DNA of 64,000 bases from Trichoplax adhaerens (taxonomy: Eukaryota; Animalia; Placozoa), in NCBI RefSeq assembly GCF_000150275.1, contig NW_002060943.1, forward strand, positions 8,513,982 to 8,577,981, read 5' to 3'. Below the pieces are notes generated by a model. The model ran no database searches, was not told the DNA's origin, and was given only the letters and a program-made list of their open reading frames with translations. Shown in pieces: positions 49,609-63,930 of this stretch (position 1 is its first letter; every line of letters begins with the position of its first letter). A program made the position numbers and the translations under genes.

Positions 49609-51945
49609 TGTAAGTAAAATCATTTATCGCATTTAAAGTATGAAATGCTGCGATATTATTTATTCCTAAATGCAATGTTACCCATAGTGTATGAATAGAT
49701 TGATAATTAATAAATTATTAATAGAAATCTGTAGAAATACCTTTTCCTTGTGCTGTGCGAAATTGATTGATGCATGTCGACACAGAAGTCTGGGATCAGT
49801 TCAGTAGCAGCTATAAATACAATTATAAAGTGTAATGATATAGCATATTTGCAAGCGTAACATTCTGTACAATTTACGTTTAGATTAGCATTTGTAATAC
49901 AGATTTGTAAAAGTAAAATTTACAAGTATCTGTAGTATACCTTACTCTTAATTTATCTTATAAATATGTTGTTCCATATTCAGAATAAGACATTTGTTTA
50001 TTATTAGTTATTTGTATTAGCGCCAGTATTGCTCCAAATATGACTACACACTAAATTGTATCTCCCTATTCATAATCTACCTTTATATCTAGATATTCAC
50101 GCATTCGAAAAATTGTTTTGTTATCATGCACTGCTCACAATTCTAATTTGTGTCTTAAAGCAGTTTAACGAAAACAATCAATTATAAATATCCAATGCTG
50201 CAAAGTTAAATTTTTATTGGTAGTATCAGAGGTTACACGATCTTTTCTTAATGACCGTCACTGCTTAGGAATTATGCTGTTAATTTTTGTTTTGTGAATT
50301 ATTTAATATAAGTATTTTACATTCTGAACGCAACCGTCAAACAACTTTTATTAAACTTTATTGTACATATTTATAGGTCATCATAATCATTTTACAAAAT
50401 GCCCTTTCATCTGTGGGAGGCTATCGTAATGTAGACAAGTGTCGTAACAGAAATTATGTTACACAAGTTCTGTTGAATTCATTAATAAAATTGCAAATAA
50501 CTATTATATTATTAATTAGTTTACGTCGATAACGGAGTACTAATAAAAAGTGATTGTATTTATTGCTATATTTTCATCCTTGATATTATCCTGTGATAAA
50601 CAAAGTGAATTAAAAATATTCAGTATACAGCATCACTAATAGAATATTATTATAGCCTAGAAATTATATTTATAAATAAATTCTCCATGGATATACTTAT
50701 GATGTAAAGCCTCAGTTTTATTGTATGTCGTACCTAATACTCTTGTGAATGTGTCCCACTCCTGTTATACTTTTTCACACGCAGTTTTACTGACAACTTT
50801 ATCAAAAAGGAGGATTATCTGCAATATTTATCTCTTTTTCAAACATACAAAGTATCATACAGTACACATTTCTCGATGTCTATATATACTGTATCGTACG
50901 CGTACACTGGGCCGCACTATATTGCATACTAATATTTAATTATACGGATACATTTTTGCAACATATGGTACTAATATTATAAGTATGTAAGTGTACTACA
51001 GCATATGAAAGTATTTGAACTAGCTGTAGATATAACGATAAAGAACTAATGAGCTTTCACACTTTCAGACTCAGCTTGTTAATGCAATAGCTAGAAAAAG
51101 CGTAATCGCCTATTTTCGTTATAATGACGATAATGTTTACTTGAATAACTTTAAATTTACAAGCTAGTCCATTTAATGGCAATGATACATACCATAAACA
51201 CAAAAATCAGAATCTTGTATTTGAAATAGAAATACAATGTATTTAATCGGTTGAAGTACAAGCATCAATATATAACTTCTAATTAGCTGCTGTGTAAATA
51301 TATTTACAGTACATATTTCAATATGCATATACGTTTACCACATACAAATTTGCAAGATATTTCATTAGTTTAGCAAAGTTTAATTCAGGTTTGTAGCCAG
51401 ACAATAATGGGATTTGTCTTTTATATGATATTGTCAATTTATTATTCTATTTACACTATGGTATATAGTATATACTATAACTCGAAGTTGTCCATGAAGA
51501 AGAAAACTGAGGTATTTCTAGCAATATAGTATTACAATAGTCAAGATTAAGTGAAAATCTATATGAACTAACTTAAACAATATCATTGATTGTTAATTAA
51601 TCATGAATTGGCATATTTAAGAAATACGAATATACGCAGCTATGACTAAAATGATGATGTGCCTAAAAACATACCATTTATTTATGGAACCGATCTTAGT
51701 TATACGTAATTGAACGATTTTTTTTTGTAGCGAACGAATAATTCTGCATCGTAATTTTGTGATATTAAAAAATGCTATCAAATTTTTATCGGATATAAAT
51801 TTTAAGCCCATTCTTAATAAGCACGATAAGTGTATAAATACATTTGATACATCTAGTTTTGCGGAAGTCTGATCGATGGCAGGGCTGTTAGCTTATATCT
51901 ATTTTAAAATCGATAGAAACTTGTTTTAATGTATCTAGGCAATAA

Positions 51946-54900
51946 TTAAATTGTCGTTTCTATAGCTGTTCTAACTCTTTCAATTTGTTCACGTTCCGGC
52001 ATGACAGAACCATCTTTATTTCTGGAATACATTGCAAGAGCTTGAATATAAGTCGGTGGTTGACGAATTGATTCTTGTGCTTGATTATTTGGTTGTCGAT
52101 ATTCTGGTGATTTTATATAGTCGTCATAATTTGGTGGAGGTTGATTTCCTATTTTAGGTTTGATGAATAGGATGGTTAAAAAATTTCATATTGATTTTGT
52201 TGAGATTTTATTTATTGATTAGGAGATAATTTTACTAAAATCATTGAAGAGAATGCATATAATTTTATAGTGCATTTAGTGAATAGCTTACTTTCTCGTC
52301 TTCTGGTATCACGCCTATTACCATTAGTTCTTCGGCGAGTTCGTTGCGATCGCCGAAAACCTGATCGTTTGCATCGAACAAACCAGGTTATAGCTATAAC
52401 GATAATCAATACGCTAAAACAAGATAAAGCCCAGCTAAAATAAGAGTTGGAATAGTAATCGCTGACAGGGAAGTATTGCTTGACATCTATAATAAATTTA
52501 AAATATAAATACTTCTTAGTTTTCAAGAATTATTCTTATGAACTACTATGAATATATCTAGTTATGCATCATATTAAGATAATATTTATTAATAACTGCA
52601 AGGCTGCATATTATTACGCCATTTTTTTACCAGATATTGGAGCAGAGTACCACGATATTTCAAAATATGAATTTCGAACTGTTCTATCACGGTATGCTGG
52701 TAATATCATAAACCAAGCTGTCGATGATAGCAAAGTAATATTATTGACAATTTTTTCAGCTGTTCGTAATCGTCCAACTTGATTTTTTCCTAATTTATAA
52801 TAGAATTAATAAGAATATTTTGATATAAGATGTAAGTTACGTATATTGATTCAGGAAAGCTAACGAAAGTGATGTAAAAGAAAATATCTCTTGACTAACT
52901 AATTTACTAGTAGTGCCATTCTGAAAGTTATCAGGTGCGATATATAACAGTATAACGCAATGTATTTAGTTAATAATAAAGGTAAATTAGAGCAGATAAA
53001 TTAATGGAACTTATTCAAAAGTGTTTGACTTCACAATTCTATATTATCTTTATTTAGCGCTTTATTATAATTCTTTTACTGTAACTTATACTGCCGCTGT
53101 TATATCTACTTCCGACAAATATACAGCTAAAAATAGTTCTATCAGGTCGAACGAATCTTTATTAATGCATCCTTAATACCTGTATCGTGATTCATTTAAT
53201 ATTATAGTTCCAGCTTACCTGGCACTAAGCCTGTTCCATAAGTAATAATGTTACCATCGCACATTTTAAAGTAAGACGTATTGAATACAAAAACCAATGC
53301 AGATCCCGGTACAGACTGAAATTTCCACAAACAAAATTCCAGATCGTGATTATTCGATGGTGCTTTCCGGAAGCGACCAGATGCAGATCGTATGACTAAT
53401 CCATTACTACATTGTTGTTCTATATTAATGCCAATAAAAAGGAAAACTTAGTAATTAAATGTCCACAGTTAATAATATAATGCGATATTTGAAAATTAGA
53501 TAACATTATGGAATATTTATGTTATTGTTTAAAGAGCTAGAGCAAAGTCATAGATAAGTTATTTTTCTAACCAAAAACGGGCCCAAATTGCATTTCAAAA
53601 TGCGCCAATGGAGAATACACGTTTGTAGGATATAATATTTCAATTTCACCGCTAGTTTTTCTTGGAGTTAATGGAACAGCCCAATTTACAAATTCGCTTC
53701 GATGATTGGATTTTAATTGTAGACCGGAGACTTGGTAGTGAAATGAATCTCTTTCTCTAACGATAATAGAAGCATCATCGTCTCCTGCGAACTTGTTAAT
53801 AATTAGAGCCATTGGCCTGCACCAAAATAATATTTAATTCATAAGATCGATATCAGCCTTCAAGTAACAGTATTATCGTAGATAGATGAGTAGAAATATT
53901 GGAAATTGTTTAATAAGTATAGTAAAATGAATGCGACAACAGTTAATCTATACAATTTTAAATATACTGCCGATATCGATCAATTAGTAGATATGATAAT
54001 TTTTACACCTGAATAGAATATAAACTAGGATAATTGTATCAGAGGCGTAGCTAAAACCTCGGCTAAGCAAAGTGTAAAAGCTATCGGAATGACATGAACA
54101 AGTATCATTGCTGCAGTTCTCGAACTGAATCTGCTGAGGATACTTTACATTTGTTACATAGTAGTTTATAAGAAAATTTTTAATGTAGCTTTGTATCAAA
54201 AACGATCAATCCTAATTTTAATAATTTGTTTTTTACCCGTGCTGGTAGGAAATCTTCCATATACAGTTATATTGGTCAGGATTAGGCGAGTGAATAACCC
54301 CACTCGGCCAATAACTATGAGGCAATAGCTCGAATTGGTTATCCTTTTCGTGACTACTTTCTCCTTTTGTTTCACAAACTGGATTATTTTGAAGCAACAT
54401 TGACACGGAAATAATTTTCGCATACAGTGACAAATCAGGATTGAAAGAAAAGAGAAGACTTGCTTAATACATGATGATGTATCAATGATAATATACATAT
54501 AAATATTAATTAGGGAAGAAGAAGAATTAATTACGGTAGTTGATGCAATCAGTCAATATAATAATAATTATAGTATCATTTTCAAAGTATCAATACTGTA
54601 AAATTGACAGGAATTTCTCTACGAAGAAGTTATCATTACGAATTTTTATATAGGGGGCTCAAAAATAATATGAAGAGAATCCTATTCTAGGCGAATGGAA
54701 TTTTAGACACTACATTAACCGTACGCGAAATAGAGTTGTTGAATTTGGTATTTAATGAATGATTAATCGATGATCACATACGCGTATACATGTGAATATT
54801 TAGTAATAAAAATTAATCTATTTTTCAATCTTAAAAGTGGAGATTTATAATTGTTTTGCAGTTGAATCTGAAAATATCTTTACTTGTGATTGCTAGCCAC

Positions 54901-56376
54901 TCAATTTAATAGAACCTTAAATATAACATGTTAATATTTGGTAGCGAAGCAAAACCAACTGGCTTTCTAATCTTAACATTGTCAAATTGACAGCATTTTT
55001 CTGGCGATATAGCCGTTGCTATTGATATTTTCATGTTTAGAATTTACTGTAGTGCCCCATTAATTCGGTATATTCTTAATAATAACGTAGAGAAAAACTA
55101 TTGAAAACTTTTACTATATTTACATTGACTGCCGAAGAATGTATCTGGAGAAAGGTAATGTTTCTATAGCGAAGGACTACTATCGCCAGGTAAAAAATGC
55201 TACTTTAAAATTATAGTTTTAAATACATATATGCTATTCGCGCGCACATCCTTTACTAGATTTACGCTGATTGGCAAAGGATACATTTAAAGAAAGAAAT
55301 ATTATAAAGGATCTATTTACAATTCTGTTAATAGTAAAGCTGGCCTCAATAAATAATTATGAACATAAGAATTGAAAAACCTTTACTAGATTATACTGGT
55401 TAGTAAAGGATGTATACGAAGATAGTTATATTCTAAAGAGAACTGATACAATTATCCTTGCCACGAAAACTAATTTTTAAAACTTAATACCGCTTATTAT
55501 CTCTAATCAATATCATGAAAAAAGTACCAGTCCTTCAATTAAAGTCATATAGCATCTAGACTTTCAGTAAAGTTTGCTATCGATCATGATCAATTTATCT
55601 TCTCAAACTGTTGCTCCCTGTCTTGCTCAATTAATATTCTAGTGATCGTTTAATTATTGCCATTAATATTATCTTGGTCAACATAAATCGAGTAGGTAAT
55701 GCTTTTACTTCTCTCTATTAAATCTTTCTAGTGAATTTAGCATTGATGAATACTAGTTTAATCGATACATGATGGGTAAATAACTTTTAATAAGTAATAT
55801 CGTTTATTATTTTCCAGACTAAACTACAACTCTTTTAGCTGAATTGATGACCTTATGCATTTACACAAAAAGTTTACTTACCGCAACTGACATTTTGAAT
55901 AACTGCGGTAGATGATGATAATTATTGATAGCAGTCAGCATCCATTCATTGATGATCCATCAGTTGATAAAAGTGTTAAGAGGTTAAAATAGAAAAATTG
56001 AAGCTATAGTTAACGCACCATGGTAGATGAAATTGACTAATGTATCAAATTATTAGCTAAGTTCATTAATCAAAATAAAATTCTGATGAAATTAACGTTT
56101 TATTTAAGATAGATTAGCTATAGTAGTGTGACTGGTGTAGGCAACTACTTCAAATTAGTCAAAGTCAACTGAAAAATGATTATGCAATACATCTATTTTC
56201 TTCCAATATTTTCAACAACGTGTATAAAATCTTATATTGTAAGAGCAATTGATTAAATCTATCGTTAGTCATTACGCTGATATTAACACCTTACCAAGAG
56301 ATTGATTTAAACTAGCTAGACCAAGCAAGAGTAGCGATAAGGATGCTAAGTGAAGTAGGAAGAATTGGATGGACAT
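51946..56376 (-). CDS. Type I membrane protein with two divergent CUB-like domains and a cytoplasmic tail with two PPxY motifs and a PDZ-binding end, 7 coding exons
   Basis: Signal exon MSIQFFLLHLASLSLLLLGLASLNQSL (56376-56295); SGVIHSPNPDQYNCIWKI; QCSNGLVIRSASGRF...FCLWKFQSVPGSALVFVF; YFEISWY; TM WALSCFSVLIIVIAITWFV followed by an Arg-rich stretch; tail PPPNY, PPTY, ...IETTI*; splice phases consistent. Confidence 0.8.
55248..55412. repeat. Duplicated hairpin-forming element in intron 1 of the CUB-like gene
   Basis: ATCCTTTactag...ttggcAAAGGAT (55248-55282) and CCTTTACTA...TAGTAAAGG (55380-55409). Confidence 0.6.
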
Positions 56377-58334
56377 GATGCTACTGTTCAAAAACAATCA
56401 ACGAAGAAAGTGGATAATATTATTAGTGATAAATATCCTCACTTGTAGTATAAAATGAAATAAAAGATAGAACGATAAATCATGAATAGAATGATACAGC
56501 TCTGTACACTATACTTTAGTATAGGATAATTATAGCTACAGTATATGAAAATAGAGCGCGTAGTCATCTATTTTATGTTGTTATCTTGACATAACTGAAG
56601 ATTAAAAACTCATTCAATATACAACATCATGTTTTGTTAATATGATGGTTATTAATATTTATCGACTACGGTATTCTATCTACTGGCGACGCTAAAAGTT
56701 AAAAGATAGGATAAAAGACTGTTTCAATCAAACATAGTGGAATAGTAGCCATATCATGTAGGTGTGATCAAAACAATTTAGAAGAGGCTAAAATAATATC
56801 AGACTTGAATCGTTAAGTTCAAAGTCCTAACCGTGCCTTACGCAACATTTAATCTTAATCTTACTGATTCAATTATAAACATGACGAGACGACTTCAAAC
56901 TTCATGACTAGCCTAATCTCAATGAAATACCTTATCTTAAAAGGCAGCACTAACAAGCTATTACTGTTATTGAAGGATAGAACGTATGAAATAACACCCC
57001 TATAATCCTACATGATATCTTTTTCCGGATTGATTTAGAAACGAAGTAACATGGCAGACTAACTTTACTCGTACTTTATAGATGATGACATTATTATGAT
57101 ATTTTATATTTTCGTGGTATAATGAGAACAAAAAGCGAAGATTCGACGTCTTTGCAACTTGTTTTTTTAATCTAAACATTCTTAAAATGGTCGTCAATGG
57201 ACTCTTTGTCATGTTGATATTATTTTTTCATTTTTTCTCATTTAGTATAACCAAAAAGAAGTGAAAATACGAATGAAGATTGCACTTACATTTGAGTTGT
57301 AGCGTTAAAAGCAAGACATAAACGGATTTAGGCTTTAAAAATCGATGATAAATAAGCAATAGAGTATAAATCAACTTTGTTTGTTGCCTTTTATCCCAAG
57401 AAAATAGATGCCAACTGTACAATTCAATTACCTTTTACCATTGAAATTAACAGAGAAGAATTCAAAAAAGAATAGGTTTGAATGATCTCAGTATGGCACT
57501 ATCGTCTCTATTTGTAGACAGAAATTATACAATAGGTTGAATAAGGATGGAGATAGGAATTTTATTCTTTTTCAGCTTAGCCTATGTCGCCGTCGTCGTC
57601 GCCGTAGTGATAGTAAAAATAGTAATAGTGACAGTAATCTGGATCCAAATCGACGATGAATGGAGGGAAAGACTTACAGAGAATAACTACTTGACTATCC
57701 TTTAGTTTTTACAGCAAATAGTAAGACAAATAAACAATGACACTGGCACGTATGTTACGGAAACAGCTCTATCTTTTTTTAGTCAATAATTCCATACATG
57801 AATTGCCTCATTTTGCCTTATGCTATATTAGATAGGCTGCCATGGTGATATGACTACGCATGATGAGCGATATTTTTCAGTATGGCTCCATTAAGCCTCC
57901 TGTCTCATTTTCATAACAATATCTCTTTGTATTGTGTTATTATTTTCCAAGTAAAAATAGGCTAATTGTAATTGGTACTACATAGCTATTTGAAGTTACT
58001 TGCCAAGTATACTATCGTAGTCCATCATTTCTCTCCTGGCTAATAGTAAATATAAGCTTAATTTCTGTATAGTATGAATTTTGAGAAATGGAAATAGATG
58101 AGAATTTGGATAGTCGAGGCTTAGGGATTGCATATGGTCATAGTAAAATAGCACTAATTGATTTTCATTCCACAAGATTTCTATTTAGTAATACTATTTG
58201 TCAAGGAAAATATAACACTTTTTACCGCTGCTAAATATCGTAATGATAGTAAAATCATATTTATCCATCGATACCTTAGTACACATGTAATTTAGTGTAC
58301 TACAAGCCAAAAATAATATTATTGAACATTTAAT

Positions 58335-58900
58335 ATCAATCATTATGCTGGTAAATGACTTATTCATCCAACTCTTTCGAGGAGGAAGCTCCTATTTTAG
58401 CCAGTAAGAGTTAGCTTAGTGATAGCAAAATCATACTGCGGTGCATTTCAATAATATTAATTAACGGTTAAGATTGATCACAATGCTGGTAAATGACTCA
58501 TTCATTTAACTCTTTAAAGGAGGAGACTCCGAATTTTAGCCATTAGGAGTTAGCTAAGTGACAGTAAATCATGCCAAAACGCATCTTAATGATATTATTC
58601 AACGGTTAATATCAATTAATCAATTATAATTATCATATTACTAAATGACTCGTTCATTCAATTCTTTAAAGGAAGAGACTCGAATTTTAGATATGAACTT
58701 AGCTTAGTGGCAGCAAATCATACTGAGATACGCTTCAGTAATATTATTTAACGGTTAATATCAATTATCATGCTAGCAAATGACTCATTTATTCAACTCT
58801 TCAAGAGAGAAAATTCTAATTTCATTTGTTAAGAGTTAGCCTAGTGATAGCAAATCATACCGAGAGGCCTTTCAATTCTAATTAATCATCAACGGTAATT
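58335..58900. repeat. Diverged tandem array, 4 x about 140 bp, each copy with a TGACTCA-like site
   Basis: aaatgact(t/c)(a/g)tt...actcttt...gagttagcttagtgatagcaaatcata...aacggtta recurs at about 58353, 58491, 58643 and 58778. Confidence 0.9.
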
Positions 58901-58924
58901 TTGCAGACATTATAATAACAGCTG

Positions 58925-59470
58925 TAGAATAGCAGAATAGTGCCGATTTTTACGGTGTGGGAGTCGTCACAGGAAGGTACTTATGCTTTACTAGTCAGGA
59001 ATTAGTGGAGTAAAATGATACTGTCTAATAAAATGAGAAGTAAATAGATATCTTAATTTGCTACTATCAAAGATAATTTGGCTTATTAGTTGATGTTAAG
59101 ATGACAGAAAAGTAATAGGTGTAGAAATAGTTCCGATTTAAATACTGCATAAATTGTCATAGAAGGGTACTTACAATCTGCTACGCAAGAATTAGCATAG
59201 CAGAATGATGTTACCTGATAGAATTTGATTTCAATAAATATTTTAATTGTTATCAAAGATGATTTAGCTTGCTAATCGATATTACAATGATAGCAGAATA
59301 AGTACAAAAATAGCAACGATTTTAATACCCATATATGTAAGATAGGAATGATTGAAGTAGGGTACAGGTACTTGAAGTTTACCGGTTAGGAATTAGCACA
59401 GTAAAGCGATGTTCCTTAATGAAACTCAATGGAACAAGATATTTCAGCTGTCAAAAGTAGTATAGCTTAA
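58925..59470. repeat. Highly diverged tandem array, about 3 x 190 bp
   Basis: aatag..ccgattt...ggtactt...gaattag...atgat...tatcaaagat.attt.gctt recurs three times. Confidence 0.65.
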
Positions 59471-60920
59471 GAGTGAATACTATACTAGCGGTAAAACAGT
59501 AATTAATGTTACTTGATTAATGCAGATAGTTTAGTTTACAGCTTAGAATCAACTTCATGGGCAACTTGATTCAGATTATAATTATTTTAGTTTTAGCGGT
59601 CGAAAGTTAGCTTTATGATTGTAAAACAATTTCGGAAGGGTAGTTTTAAGTTATCATGAATAATGTAAACAACAAATTAGAAGTTATCATGATTGCAGAA
59701 CAATACTAGAATATTCTAATTCTATCTATCTGGCAACAGTGCAGTGGTAAGTATATGCGTGTTATGTTTGGTAGTAACGACTAATATTTCGATAATAGTG
59801 AAATGATTCTTGCTAGTAAATCTAGGTATAAGGTCTTATAATACTGTCGTCAAGATTAGAGTACAGTCTTTAAATGGTTGATTAAATACTTAAGAACGAA
59901 TTTTGTACTTCAAACCAGTGTAATACACTTATAAATGTAATATACTTTTTGTTGTTCATGGAAATGACGTAAAACTTCGACTTTACGGCACTTTAAGATT
60001 TAAATACTAGTCATGAATTAACTTACACTATTATATATATCTTACTAATATTAATATAGAAATAACAGAGAAGAACATGTGAGCAAGTGATAAATGCTAA
60101 ATATTCATTGATGTGTTAGGATATTTTATTCAGAGTTAATGTTCAGCAATGCATACGCTTGAAGAGCATACAAGTGTAGTTACAAGATTTAAAGTGAAAT
60201 AAGTTAGTACAAATGATATTTCATTTGAAATAAACCATCAGTTTAACGGGAGTTATGGCATTGTATAGAGCTACTAAATATACAATCAATCTTAATGTTA
60301 TATTAGATGTTACATAGGCTAAGTTTAAAACTGCAGGAATGCTCAAAAGGTATGCACTCATAAATATAGATCATGGAAAAGCTTTCAAGTAGATTGGATT
60401 GGAAAGTATCATTACAGATTTTCTTATTTCTAGTATTGCGACGTTGCTTGATATTTTAACATATTTTATGCTATTTCAGTATAACTACTAGCAACATTAA
60501 TGTTTTAACAGGATATAAAAATGCTCATGATAATAAAATCGCCAACTTTTCACCGCTAAGGAATAAAATTTGGGGTATATTTTAGTGTAAAATTTACGAT
60601 GTCGCACTCATGTACGGTTATCAAAATAATTTCTTTTAGTATAGAGGGAGTAAAATAGAACGCAAGGGTAAATTATTCTAATATACAAGGTGTTGACTTT
60701 CAGTGTTGATGCATTAAGTTCGCTCTAAATATTTACGGCTTAAATGTACATAAAATCAGGTCAATAAGGTTGAAGTACCTGTATGGTGTATACGTATACA
60801 ATTGTTTGTGTGAGCGATAGGAAATAGTATTGGATTATATGATATATCAAAGACAATTATTGAACAAAAAATAATGGATAGCAACCGTAGTAAGATTACC
60901 ACTAGATAGCCTAAGAAATG

Positions 60921-63100
60921 TTATTGAACAAAGAACACATCTTCCAACATAGAATCTTCCTGATCTTTAATGATGTCAAAGCTGAAAGATGCTCCTTTTG
61001 AATAACGCGACCCCACAGCGTTAGGTCGTCCTTTCCTTTCCAGATTTTCTTCTGTTTGCCAATTTCTATATCATATAAGTATCGAAATATTGCATTTAGA
61101 TATGTTGAATGTTTATTTTACTTATAATATAAGTAATGTTACATTATCAACGAGTGCTTCTTCAAGATTCATCAATCAATTACTGTAAGATAATCTAGAG
61201 CACTTTATCGTCTAAGTATATCAGGAAAATAATTAAGATTCTAATATACGCTTATATTGCGCTATAAATTACTTAAGTCTTTCAGTCTTGAATACATGGT
61301 TACAATAATTTCAATAAAATTTGAAAGATTTAGAATAATTAGCCTATAAATGTAAGGACTAGGCTAAGCTAGCTTTCCAAAGAAATCATATGATAATAAA
61401 TATATGAAATCAGAATATTATTCGTTGTTGCTACTGTGATCGGTACTTTTGAGAGTGAAAGCATGTTCTACGCGATCATTTGGAAATAGAATTGTTCATG
61501 CGATCATCTTATACGGAAAGATAAATAGAAAAGTGCATTTATTTAATACATGGTACCTTATATGCCCATGAAGTTCATTCTTAGAAGGTTCAGATCGATT
61601 GGTTGTTACGCGAACTGCTCGTTTAGGGGTTAGTGGAGATGAAATATAGCCTGTTGATAATTCACTATAATCATTTTTTAGGTCTTTACTAGTATTATCA
61701 TTATTGTGTATTGCAATTTGCTTTCTATGTTTGATTTGTGACAATGCAATATCGGTTAAATTGTCTGAATCACTTTCATCCAGATTGACATTGCTATGCC
61801 GCAGTTTATTAGGAGAGCTACGACCTGATGGTGAACTGTAATCTACACTGCGATGTTCTTCTCTTTCTAGATGGTTCAATTTTGGGGGTCGAGATGGCGT
61901 CAATCTTTGATTTTTTGGATCACCAATAGAGGATTGATCATCATTAGTATTATTGGACAATCTACGATGTATCTCTTTGGTATCTAGTAATTCTACTGAT
62001 TGATTTGTAACATTTAATTCTATAGACTTTTCAAGAGATCGTAGATAGTGTTTAATAAATTGCTGATTTTCTATAATTTTTTGTTGCAATTTATCAATAT
62101 TAACTTGATCTGACGGTGTTGTAAGTTGATAATTGGCCAAGGATTTACTATAAGGCTTTTTAAAAATTGTCAAATCTTTTGTTAGTTTCAAATTTGGATC
62201 GACAGGAAAGTTGGCTTGATCTTGGTTAATAATATTAGACTCATTTCTATCTGACTGTAACTGATTAAATTTAGGTAAGCAATCACGAGTATTACTCCGA
62301 TGAGATGGATTACTTTCTTCATGAGTGGTACCAATGTATTGAATATTTTGTCCTAAAAGTTGGGCCGTATCTTGATCTTCATTTTCATTGTCGTATTTCT
62401 CTTTTGGCATAGAGACTACAGGCTCTTCAGCAGTATTAAAGTCTTCATACATTGTCGACAAATCTTTTTCCTGTTGAAGAAGATGAAAGTATTGCAATTC
62501 TAATAGCTTTTTCTGTTCTTTTAATTCATGATAAAGTTGAATAAGATTTATTTTTAGATTTTCTCCAGATGGATTGTCAAGTTCTTTCTTGATTAAGTCG
62601 TCATCATCGGATCGAAAATATATCTTATTTTTGTATGATTCACCATGATCATGATCATCTTTCTTGACCTTGTCATGTTCCAAATGAAATCCGTCATTTC
62701 CCACTACTTTACTGGAGGTATTGTTGCTTTCAACAACTATCCACCCATAGTGGTGAAAATAAATGAAGTAAATATAAATATTAGGCGAATTTTATATTCT
62801 ATAACTCTAATTCTAAAAATTTTATAATCCTTTACCTTGATCTATACTACTTGCATTGGTATAATCAGCTTGATGTGTTATTAATTCATTAACCAATTTT
62901 AGTTTATCATTTATTTTTTGAATTAAATTCTCGTGCGATGGATTAGTTGCCTCACTTTCCTGGTCTATCTGAGATCCTTGCTTAGGGTTTGCGACTTTTG
63001 TTCTAATATTGCCTTCTCGGCTAATTAAAATATCTTTCTTGATAGGAGATTTTTTCCATATTGATGGTGAAGTAGAAACTCCCACCTGAAGAGAGTAAGC
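60921..63100 (-). CDS. 3' part of an uncharacterised coiled-coil/low-complexity protein; 5' end lost in an assembly gap; C-terminus reminiscent of KIAA1328/hinderin
   Basis: Exons about 63100-62837, 62736-61557 (long ORF with coiled coil LIQLYHELKEQKKLLELQYFHLLQQE) and about 61065-60921 ending ...DSMLEDVFFVQ*; phases consistent. The family resemblance is from memory only. Confidence 0.7.
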
Positions 63101-63150
63101 NNNNNNNNNNNNNNNNNNNNNNNNNNNNNNNNNNNNNNNNNNNNNNNNNN
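63101..63150. other. Assembly gap (50 N)
   Basis: Run of n characters. Confidence 1.
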
Positions 63151-63759
63151 AGTACTGTACTTTCATTTTAGTACTGTACACGGTATCAGTACAACGGTCT
63201 GGACAGATGGAAGAGAGTGGAAGGGCTGAGTAGTGCAGCTACTGTAACACTCTGTAACTAAGGCAAAATAGGTTTTTTTCTTTCTTTTATCTGATTAATT
63301 ACTGTATATATTTATTATCATTATTAGAGACAGTATTATTTATTAATGATTCATTCTATAATTGGCCTATAGAGCTTGGACGGTGAGTTCCAGTATTTAC
63401 GCGAACAAATCAGTGGCTTGAAAGGAAAAAATCATCCACGTACGTGACTACGGCGGCCCAGATTATTGTACCGTACCACCACTCTGAGGTAGTGGCAAAG
63501 CCTGGCCTGACGAATACAGTAGATGATGGCGTCTAGTTATGAAGAGCGAACATGACACTCACACTGCACAAGTGCACATGGTTCAGTAGTAATTACTGAC
63601 TTGAATAGACACACAACAAGTCAAAGATGGTAGAAAGAGGAATGATAAAATTTCATTATGATTGCACACCGAATTGAATGCCTGTGAAAGTTCGAAGGTC
63701 ATTTTGAGAATTCGACTACGTCCACTGAAAGACTGCTCAATACCCAAGGTGCTGATGTG

Positions 63760-63930
63760 TAGCACTGTACGGTACTGTGGACACTAGCCGTGGTACATTA
63801 TTTCTGTACTAGTGTACACTATAGGACCGAGGGTCGTGACCGTGTGCCGTGACTGCCGTCTCACTAGAGTGTACAGTGTGCAGTACAGTCTACAGTGGTA
63901 CAGTACTGTACAGTGTACACTGTACACTAA
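63760..63930. repeat. Palindromic TACAG/CTGTA tract (also 63151-63185) on the 5' side of the last minus-strand gene
   Basis: Perfect 20-bp palindrome TGTACAGTGTACACTGTACA at 63907-63926 plus many gtacagt/actgtac copies. Confidence 0.8.

Noticed and set aside
53984-54199. Cys-containing ORF as an extra exon of the CUB-like gene
   Set aside because: The flanking exons already join in phase 2 without it, and it is not needed to complete the CUB-like domain.
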